Source of the DNA: an uncultured Flavobacteriaceae bacterium
Lineage (GTDB): Bacteria > Bacteroidota > Bacteroidia > Flavobacteriales > Flavobacteriaceae
DNA length: 64,000 nt
Assembly (NCBI GenBank): GCA_937136755.1
Contig: CAKZOR010000137.1
Coordinates: 5,032 to 69,031 of the forward strand
Reading direction: 5' to 3'
Part shown: piece after piece, positions 54,207-62,047 of the stretch
How the letters are laid out: each line of letters opens with the position of its first letter
Numbering within the stretch: the first letter of the stretch is position 1
Translations under genes and position numbers: made by a program
The notes under the pieces: model-generated
Database searches by the model: none
What the model was told of the DNA's origin: nothing
What the model saw: the letters and a program-made list of their open reading frames with translations, nothing else

Positions 54207-55979
54207 TTAAATTTTTGCTTGATAGGTAAACAGGTCAAAATACCTCCCTTTGGCCTCAATGAGTTGGTCGTGTGTTCCTTGCTCTGCAATTCTACCCCCT
54301 TCAATCACAAGTATTTTATGGGCTTTTCTAATGGTGCTCAACCTGTGGGCAATGACAAAAGTAGTTCTACCTTCTGTAAGGGTTGCCAAACTTTTTTGAA
54401 TGAGTGCTTCACTCTCTGTGTCTAGATTAGAGGTTGCCTCATCTAAAATAAGGATGGATGGATTGGCTAAAATGGCTCTAGCTATGGCAATTCTCTGTCT
54501 TTGTCCGCCAGATAATTTCACTCCTCTTTCTCCAATTAAAGTATCTAAACCAGCCTCAAAACGATCCGTAAATTCATTGACATAAGCCGCATTTACTGCT
54601 TCTAAAAGACTTTCGTTCGTGGCATTAGGTCTAGCGTATAATATATTCTCCTTAATGGTCCCCTCAAAAAGAAACTCATCTTGCAATACAACGCCCAATT
54701 GTTTCCTATAACTTTCTAAGGTCACTTCTCTCAGTGGGTGGCCGTCTATAGTAATCTCTCCTTGATCGGGATTGATGAAAGTGGCTACTAAACCAGCTAT
54801 AGTAGATTTTCCAGAACCTGAACTACCCACAAGTGCAATAGTTTCTCCAGCTGCTGCGTTAAAACTAATACTGTGTAACACATCCTTTTCCTCTTCATAG
54901 GCAAAAGACACCTCTTTAAAATTAATAGCTCCTTGTAATTTTTTTAGTGGGATAGTACGCAAAGGATCCTCTGCTTCACCAGCTTCATTCATGAGCTCTT
55001 CCGTTCGGTCTAGTCCAGCCAAAGCTTCTGTAAGCTGGCTTCCAATATTACTCATTTGAACAATAGGTGCTACCATGAGCCCTAATAAGAAGGTGAAACT
55101 TAGAAATTCTCCCAAGGTCAAAGTTTCCATCATAATTTTGTAGCCGCCAATTCCCATGATACCTGTAGTGGCTAGACCTAATAGAAATGTAGCAGATGAA
55201 GTCATAAATGCAGTAGCGGTAAGGCTTTTTTTTACATTGATAAACAATTCATGCACCCCTTTCTCAAAAACCAAGGCCTCTTGTTCTGCTGCATTAAATC
55301 CCTTAATCACTCGAATACCTCCAAGTGTTTCTGTAAGCCTACCCGTTACTTCTGCATTGATTTTTCCTCTAGCCCTAAAAATGGGTCTAATTACTTTAAA
55401 AGCCTTCAGGGCAATGATGGCGAAAATGGCCAAGGGTATGAGGGTGAATAAGGTCATAGACACACTTATTTGTAGTAATAAAATTAGAGAGACCACAGCT
55501 GTTATGGTACCGCCTACCAATTGCACCAGGCCTGTTCCAATTAAATTTCTTACCCCTTCTACATCCGTCATTATCCTAGATACTAAGGCCCCAGATTTGG
55601 TGTTGTCAAAAAATCGAATAGGCAGACCCAGTATTTTTTTTTGCACTTGAGCCCTCAACTCCGCAATGAGGTATTGGGCTTGTACAGAGAGAATTTTTGT
55701 CAATAAAAAGGAAGTGATGGCTTGTACCAGAATGGCTACAATGACTACAGCAATTAATATTTTAAGTCGGTCTAATTCCTTGTTGGGAATAATCTCATCC
55801 ATTAAAACTTTTAAAGACAGTGGCGCAACAAAACTGGCTATTTTACTTACAACGATCAGTAATAAACCTATAAAAACCATCTTTCTTCTGGGCCAAATAA
55901 TGGTTGTGAAGGCTTGTAGAATTGAGACTTTAGCTTTGCTTTTGTCTTTTGTTGGATGGCTTTTTTTATTTGGAGTCAT
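54207..55979 (-). CDS. ABC transporter, fused permease/ATP-binding (MsbA-like exporter)
   Basis: N-terminal TMD; GSSGSGKST, LSGGQRQR, ILDEATS, IAHRLST. Confidence 0.95.
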   Translation of the reverse strand: MTPNKKSHPTKDKSKAKVSILQAFTTIIWPRRKMVFIGLLLIVVSKIASFVAPLSLKVLMDEIIPNKELDRLKILIAVVIVAILVQAITSFLLTKILSVQAQYLIAELRAQVQKKILGLPIRFFDNTKSGALVSRIMTDVEGVRNLIGTGLVQLVGGTITAVVSLILLLQISVSMTLFTLIPLAIFAIIALKAFKVIRPIFRARGKINAEVTGRLTETLGGIRVIKGFNAAEQEALVFEKGVHELFINVKKSLTATAFMTSSATFLLGLATTGIMGIGGYKIMMETLTLGEFLSFTFLLGLMVAPIVQMSNIGSQLTEALAGLDRTEELMNEAGEAEDPLRTIPLKKLQGAINFKEVSFAYEEEKDVLHSISFNAAAGETIALVGSSGSGKSTIAGLVATFINPDQGEITIDGHPLREVTLESYRKQLGVVLQDEFLFEGTIKENILYARPNATNESLLEAVNAAYVNEFTDRFEAGLDTLIGERGVKLSGGQRQRIAIARAILANPSILILDEATSNLDTESEALIQKSLATLTEGRTTFVIAHRLSTIRKAHKILVIEGGRIAEQGTHDQLIEAKGRYFDLFTYQAKI

Positions 55980-56103
55980 TTGTATTTTTTGATCTATGTG
56001 GTAAAGGTACTTTTTTGTACCTTTCTATCTATTGATTTAGAAAAAAAACAACCACTATCTTCTTGAAGATTAAATAGCTAACACTTTTAAAAAGCCCATT
56101 GAA

Positions 56104-58275
56104 ATGAAACCTATTGTTGTATTTATACTCCTCTTACTTACCGCCTGTTCTGAACCTTTGGATACTGCCTCTGCACGTCAGGAGAAACACGCTGCACAAA
56201 CCACTATTATCAGGGATTCATTTGGAGTACCCCACATATATGGAAAGACAGATACAGATGCTGTTTTTGGTTTGTTATACGCCCAGTGCGAAGATGATTT
56301 TCAACGCGTAGAAGACAATTATATCTGGGCCATTGGAAGGTTGGCAGAGGTAGAAGGACAAAGTGCCATTTATTCTGACCTCAGGGCTAAATTATTCATG
56401 ACTACAGATGAGGCCAAAGCCATGTACGAAAAGGCTCCTGAGGACATTAAAGCCCTTTGTATGGCTTTTGCAGATGGAATAAATTATTATTTAAAAAAGC
56501 ACCCAGAGGTGCGCCCAAAGCTCATTGATCATTTTGAACCATGGATGCCTATGTATTTTTCAGAAGGGTCTATTGGGGGAGATATTGAACGCATTTCCGA
56601 AAAAAAGATACGCGCCTTTTATGAGAATGGAGCTGCCCTTCCAAAAGAAGAAGCCTTAGCTATTGCTCGAGCAGCATCTGAGGAGGAACCAGCTGGATCA
56701 AATGGGATCGCCATTTCTGGAGCCCACACAAAAAACGGAAATGCCATGCTTTTAATTAATCCCCACACCTCATTTTTCTTTAGGGGAGAAGTGCATGTTA
56801 ATAGTGAAGAAGGCTTAGCGGCATATGGGGCAGTTACTTGGGGACAGTTTTTTGTGTACCAGGGGTTCAACGAAAAGACAGCTTGGATGCATACCTCTAC
56901 CTATACAGATGTGATGGATGAGTACTTGGAGACCATTATAAAAAATGACTCAGGCTTGTTCTACCAATACGGCGAGGAACAAAGAGAAGTGTCTGTGTCT
57001 GAAGTAAGGTTGAAATTCAAAGATTCTTTGGGGATTATTCAAGAAAAATCTTTTCCCAAGTACCGCACCCACCACGGTCCAATTACCCATATGGAAGCGG
57101 GTCAATGGGTGGCCTCTGCTATGATGTGGGATCCTGTCACTGCTTTAAAGCAATCATTTATCAGAACAAAACAGGACAATTATAAAGGCTTTAAAGCAAT
57201 GATGGATTTAAGAACCAATTCATCTAACAATACGGTGTATGCAGACGCAGAGGGTAATATTGCTTATTTCCATGGAAATTTTGTGCCTAAAAGAGATGTA
57301 ACTTTTGACTTTACCCAACCCGTAGATGGAAGTAATCCAGCTACTGATTGGCAGGGGCTCCATACTGTAGAGGAGAATATATTACTACTGAATCCCGAGA
57401 ATGGTTGGCTGCAAAATTGTAATTCAACCCCTTATACAGCGGCCTTACAATACAGTCCTAAACCTGAGGACTATCCGGTTTATATGTCTAAAGATCAAGA
57501 AAATTTTAGAGGGGTACATGCCATTTCACTGCTAAGTGAGATAAATCAAATTGATTTGGACGGACTTATTGCCCTAGCTCATGATCCATTTTTACCAGCA
57601 TTTGAGGCTTTAATTCCAGGCTTAGTAAGTGCATTTGATCAATGGGGACAGCCCTCTGGAGAAATGAATGCGGCCATAGAAGTATTGAGACAATGGGATT
57701 ATAAAACCTCTGAAGATTCTGTAGCCATGACTTTGGCTCATTTTTACGGCACCCTTTATGGACAAAAGGGCAAGCGACCTTTTGCCATGTCAGATATGGA
57801 ACTCATAACCTATTTTGGCAGTAGTTCTCCTGAGAAAGAGCGTTTGGCTATTTTTGAGGAAACCCTTGAGCAACTCAATGCAGATTTTGGTACTTGGAAT
57901 ATCCCTTGGGGTAATGTGAATAGATACCAAAGGCTCAATGGAGATCCTAGACAAGCATTTAATGATTCCTTACCCAGCACCCCTATTGGTTTTGCTTCAG
58001 GTAGATGGGGCGCTTTGGCTGCCTATGGTGCAAGGTATACCAACAACACAAAGAAAATTTATGGCACCAGAGGGAATAGTTTTGTTGCAGCAGTCTCTTT
58101 TGGAGAAAAACTACAAGCAAAAAGTATTTTAGCAGGTGGGCAGAGTGGGGATCTAAATTCGCCCCATTTTGGAGACCAGGTGTCTCGTTATGCGGAGGCT
58201 AATTTTAAGGAAGTTCTTTTTTACAAAGAAGCCGTGTTAAAAGACGCACAGCGAACCTACCATCCTGGGGAATAA
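56104..58275 (+). CDS. penicillin acylase / Ntn-hydrolase (S45) family lipoprotein
   Basis: Lipobox LTAC; IIRDSFGVPHIYG; catalytic G|SNGIAI; LINPH; QNCNS; GGQSGD..SPHF.DQ. Confidence 0.92.
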   Translation: MKPIVVFILLLLTACSEPLDTASARQEKHAAQTTIIRDSFGVPHIYGKTDTDAVFGLLYAQCEDDFQRVEDNYIWAIGRLAEVEGQSAIYSDLRAKLFMTTDEAKAMYEKAPEDIKALCMAFADGINYYLKKHPEVRPKLIDHFEPWMPMYFSEGSIGGDIERISEKKIRAFYENGAALPKEEALAIARAASEEEPAGSNGIAISGAHTKNGNAMLLINPHTSFFFRGEVHVNSEEGLAAYGAVTWGQFFVYQGFNEKTAWMHTSTYTDVMDEYLETIIKNDSGLFYQYGEEQREVSVSEVRLKFKDSLGIIQEKSFPKYRTHHGPITHMEAGQWVASAMMWDPVTALKQSFIRTKQDNYKGFKAMMDLRTNSSNNTVYADAEGNIAYFHGNFVPKRDVTFDFTQPVDGSNPATDWQGLHTVEENILLLNPENGWLQNCNSTPYTAALQYSPKPEDYPVYMSKDQENFRGVHAISLLSEINQIDLDGLIALAHDPFLPAFEALIPGLVSAFDQWGQPSGEMNAAIEVLRQWDYKTSEDSVAMTLAHFYGTLYGQKGKRPFAMSDMELITYFGSSSPEKERLAIFEETLEQLNADFGTWNIPWGNVNRYQRLNGDPRQAFNDSLPSTPIGFASGRWGALAAYGARYTNNTKKIYGTRGNSFVAAVSFGEKLQAKSILAGGQSGDLNSPHFGDQVSRYAEANFKEVLFYKEAVLKDAQRTYHPGE

Positions 58276-58325
58276 ACATTTTCTAACACTTAAAAGTCGC
58301 TACTGATTTACAAGTTATAGGATTC

Positions 58326-58973
58326 TTATTCTCTCACTAATACCATAGTGGCTTTAGCTCCAGTGGAAAGGTTCCAGATGTTTTGGTGAACTAGGTTTCC
58401 CTTTTCGTCGTAAACGTCTACTTGAGCCGTATTTGGCCCAGAGGCACCTTGGTTTAATGCTTCAAAGACTAGGGTGTTTACGCCTTCTTTCAGGTCTACA
58501 TTCACCCCTTGAAACCCCGCAGTTAAGAACAGGTTTTGCGCTACAATGTCTCCGTTGAGGTAAATTCTAACTCGGTCTCCATCTACATATTCATGGTCCC
58601 TACACACAACACCAACAAATTTAGAGACTGTTTTTACAGCGCCTAAGTTAACATTGCCAAAGTAATTCTTGGCTTTTTTATTTTCTTTTTCTCGTATTTT
58701 GGGATCTATTTTTAAATAAGCTCCTGCTTGAACTAAAGTTCTGTCAGGAAGCATTTTTATCCCATTTTTTTCTAAGGTTTCCGCTACAGGATACAAGAGT
58801 TTTTCAGGGGTGTTCTTGCTGTTTGGAGGAGGGAGTTTAAAGGTTATTTCCCCTGATTTTTCTTTTTTATTGTCTCCAATTTTCACCCGTTTACTCGTGC
58901 TTTCTTGTGCCCATAAGGAACCACAGCCAATGAGTAGGAATAGTAAAAAACCGCTAAATTTTTGGTTCTCCAT
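58326..58973 (-). CDS. secreted hypothetical protein
   Basis: Signal peptide; conserved-looking CRDHEYVDGDRV and ALNQGASGPNTA. TACCTTTG promoter at 58978-58985. Confidence 0.78.
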   Translation of the reverse strand: MENQKFSGFLLFLLIGCGSLWAQESTSKRVKIGDNKKEKSGEITFKLPPPNSKNTPEKLLYPVAETLEKNGIKMLPDRTLVQAGAYLKIDPKIREKENKKAKNYFGNVNLGAVKTVSKFVGVVCRDHEYVDGDRVRIYLNGDIVAQNLFLTAGFQGVNVDLKEGVNTLVFEALNQGASGPNTAQVDVYDEKGNLVHQNIWNLSTGAKATMVLVRE

Positions 58974-59021
58974 GTAACAAAGGTATAAAAGAAGCCGCTC
59001 TTAAAGTTTTAAAAGGACGTT

Positions 59022-59053
59022 AAAAAAAAGCGCGGCCTATGGGCCGCGCTTTT
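59022..59053 (-). terminator. intrinsic terminator of the VCBS-haloperoxidase-symporter operon
   Basis: AAAAGCGCGGCC-TATG-GGCCGCGCTTTT with a U-run on the minus strand. Confidence 0.88.
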
Positions 59054-59080
59054 AAAAAAGTATCTAAGCGATTTAAATGA

Positions 59081-60670
59081 TTAGGCAAAGTATATGTACA
59101 CGCCAATCACCAGAACGCAAATGGCTATTCCTACTTCTTTTACATATTTAAAAGGAAGGATGTCTACTTGTTTGGTATAGTTCAATTCATAAGGGGTTTC
59201 CATGGGTTTAAATTGACCAATTAACAACATAATCGCCGTGTTGAGTAAAAATAAAATGGCCATAACATCTAAGTAATGCGGGTATGTACCCCCATTTTCT
59301 GTCACCATTGGTTGAAGTATAAACTGGCTAATGATGTATAAAAGTGAACCGGAAATAACACCCACTTTAGCGGCTATTGCAGGAACTCTTTTGGTGGTGT
59401 AACCTACAAAAATAATGGTTAGGATAGGAATACTGTAAATTCCGTTAACCTCTTGAAGGTAGTCAAATAAGGTTCCAGCATTAGCGATTAATGGCGCAAT
59501 GAACATGGCTGCAACAGCTAAAATAAGTCCAAAACGTTTTCCGTTTTTAACCATTTGAAGTTCACTGGCCTCTGGGTTAATGTGTTGTTTGTAGATATCT
59601 ACTCCAAATAGGGTCACTGAACTGTTGAGTACAGAGTTAAAGGAACTTAAAATGGCCCCAAAGAGTACCGCGGCAAAGAACCCTACCAAGGCCTCAGGCA
59701 ATACTTCTGCTACGAGCATTGGGTAAGCGGTATCGGCCTTTTCAAGGCCCCCTTCAAATAAATGATAGGCAATAAGTCCGGGTAATACGACCAATAGAGG
59801 CCCCAATACTTTTATAAATGCGGCCAGCATGAGTCCTTTTTGACCCTCTGCTAAGTTTTTGGCGGCAAGTGCTCTTTGAATGATTTGTTGGTTGGTTCCC
59901 CAATAAAATAATTGCACCAGCATCATCCCTGTAAAAATAGTGTGAAAGGGTACTGGATCAGATTCGGTCCCCATGGATTTGAATTTGTCAGGGTTTTCTT
60001 GTACCAAAATGCTCAGTCCGTCCAAAGCATTTCCGTCTCCAATAGCCATAAGGCCAAAAAGAGGAATCATAAGCCCTCCAATCAAAAGGCCAATGGCATT
60101 GATAGAATCAGATACAGCAACGGCTTTTAAACCACCAAACACAGCATATATTCCACCAGTAATTCCAATACCCCAGACACAAATCCATAGGGCTTCTGTC
60201 TCAGTAACGCCTAATAATTCTGGAATATTAAACATTCCACTGATGGCTACAGACCCTGAATATAAAATAACAGGCAGTAAAACCACTACATATCCTGTGA
60301 GGAAAAGTACAGAGGTAATTGTTTTTGTAGTGACGTCAAATCGGTTGGCTAAAAATTGTGGGACTGTTGTAAGCCCTCCTTTTAAATATCTGGGCAATAA
60401 AAAAATAGCGGTAACGACCATAGCTATGGCAGCAAGGGTTTCCCAAGCCATTACAGATAATCCACTTTCATATGCGGAACCATTGAGTCCTACAATCTGT
60501 TCTGTGGACAAGTTCGTCAGTAAAAGCGAACCCGCAATGACACCAGCAGTTAAACTTCTGCCTCCAAGAAAGTAGCCATCTGAAGATTGTTCGTTGGTTT
60601 TTCTAGTGGCTAAATAGGCCACTACGGCTACCAAAAGGGTAAACCCAACAAAAGATAAAATTCCTAACAT
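59081..60670 (-). CDS. sodium:solute symporter (SSS family, YidK/sugar-polyol type)
   Basis: GYFLGGRSL, TNLSTEQIVG, GGLKAVAVSD, YWGTNQQIIQRALAA, SSFNSVLNS. Confidence 0.93.
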   Translation of the reverse strand: MLGILSFVGFTLLVAVVAYLATRKTNEQSSDGYFLGGRSLTAGVIAGSLLLTNLSTEQIVGLNGSAYESGLSVMAWETLAAIAMVVTAIFLLPRYLKGGLTTVPQFLANRFDVTTKTITSVLFLTGYVVVLLPVILYSGSVAISGMFNIPELLGVTETEALWICVWGIGITGGIYAVFGGLKAVAVSDSINAIGLLIGGLMIPLFGLMAIGDGNALDGLSILVQENPDKFKSMGTESDPVPFHTIFTGMMLVQLFYWGTNQQIIQRALAAKNLAEGQKGLMLAAFIKVLGPLLVVLPGLIAYHLFEGGLEKADTAYPMLVAEVLPEALVGFFAAVLFGAILSSFNSVLNSSVTLFGVDIYKQHINPEASELQMVKNGKRFGLILAVAAMFIAPLIANAGTLFDYLQEVNGIYSIPILTIIFVGYTTKRVPAIAAKVGVISGSLLYIISQFILQPMVTENGGTYPHYLDVMAILFLLNTAIMLLIGQFKPMETPYELNYTKQVDILPFKYVKEVGIAICVLVIGVYIYFA

Positions 60671-60711
60671 ATGTGATAATTTGGTTGTTGATTATTTTTG
60701 TCTAAGATACC

Positions 60712-62046
60712 TTATTTTAAGGTTTTTAACTTCTCTACCAAGAATTTACCTACGGCATCTCCTTGTTTCACGCCCTCATCTATAGCCCTTCTGTAGTGTA
60801 TTCCTCCGTAAAGCCTAGATACAGCAGCTTCTTCTGAGGCCTCAATAAATGAGCTGTAAGATCTTACGCCTAATCCATACACCTCTTCTGTGGTGTCTGC
60901 AAATGAAAAGTTGTCCCCATAAATGTCAGTGAGTGCTACGGCAGAAGCCCTTGAGATTACAGAATGCCCCGAGGTGTATTCTGGAAAAGGAGGTGTTTGA
61001 AGTAAAGGCAACCAAGTTTCATCTATAAACTCGTTAATAATGGTCTCTGGTCTTACGATTAAGGTATTCCATTTGGTGTTCCAACATGAAATAAACCCGT
61101 CAAATAGGGCAATAGATACCCTAGCATAGGCATTGATACTTTCATCCATATTGCTTTGAGCCTGTTGGGCAGCAATTTTAGTAATCCCAATCCAATGCCC
61201 TCCTGGAGTGATTTTTTTAGTGGCAAACATGGCGTGTCCTCTATGGTGAGACACATAAGGGTTACAATCCCAGAAGCTAGCTATCTCTGTTGCCTCTGTA
61301 CTGCCATCTATTTTTTCCCCAAGCTCATACACCTCCATTAACTCTTGGTAAAATGGACTGTCTTTGCTCATGTCTACAGGATAAGGCGGGGCTGGTTCAA
61401 ACTGATCGGCGGTTGCTAAGACTAGGGTTCTTATTTTATTCCAGTGCGGCTCTATACCTTCCATATAATCTGGTGGAGTAGGCTTCCAAAAAGCAGTACC
61501 CTCCTGGATGGTATATTTAGGATAGGTTCTGGTTTGTTTGTAAAAATCAGTGTCTGCCCAGGCCAAAATATGCGCAGCGACTAGGTCCCCATAAGCCAGA
61601 GAAGCTTCTTTTACACTTGAAGGAAGTCCGTCTTGTTCTAGGCTTGCGTACAACTCATCTTGGTATGCCGCTATTTTATTTTCTGAAAAAATTAAGGCAG
61701 TACCCACTTTTAAAAAGGCGTGAATGGCAGCCAATTCTGGATGAATGTCTTTGTCGTTTATTTCCGGTATGCTTTTAAAGTCGCTGAGTTGTCCAGCCAT
61801 ATCCTCGTATTTATTTGGATATTGTTTTTGCATGATAGCATAGGCCGCGATAGTAGGATACATATATACCCTAGAAGCTACAGGAGGAGAAAAAATATCG
61901 TAAACGATCACGTCAGAGAGTTGCTGCATGCTATTGTGAAACAGCTGAGGATCTTTTAAGCGCTCTTTATAGGTGTTGTTTTCTTCACAGCTCAATAGGC
62001 TTATAAAAACAGCACTACACAGAAGAAGTGATTTAATTACTTTCAT
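60712..62046 (-). CDS. vanadium-dependent haloperoxidase / PAP2-superfamily lipoprotein
   Basis: Lipobox LLSC; K-x6-RP (KWNTLIVRP), PEYTSGHS, SRLYGGIHY. Confidence 0.88.
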   Translation of the reverse strand: MKVIKSLLLCSAVFISLLSCEENNTYKERLKDPQLFHNSMQQLSDVIVYDIFSPPVASRVYMYPTIAAYAIMQKQYPNKYEDMAGQLSDFKSIPEINDKDIHPELAAIHAFLKVGTALIFSENKIAAYQDELYASLEQDGLPSSVKEASLAYGDLVAAHILAWADTDFYKQTRTYPKYTIQEGTAFWKPTPPDYMEGIEPHWNKIRTLVLATADQFEPAPPYPVDMSKDSPFYQELMEVYELGEKIDGSTEATEIASFWDCNPYVSHHRGHAMFATKKITPGGHWIGITKIAAQQAQSNMDESINAYARVSIALFDGFISCWNTKWNTLIVRPETIINEFIDETWLPLLQTPPFPEYTSGHSVISRASAVALTDIYGDNFSFADTTEEVYGLGVRSYSSFIEASEEAAVSRLYGGIHYRRAIDEGVKQGDAVGKFLVEKLKTLK

Positions 62047-62047
62047 C

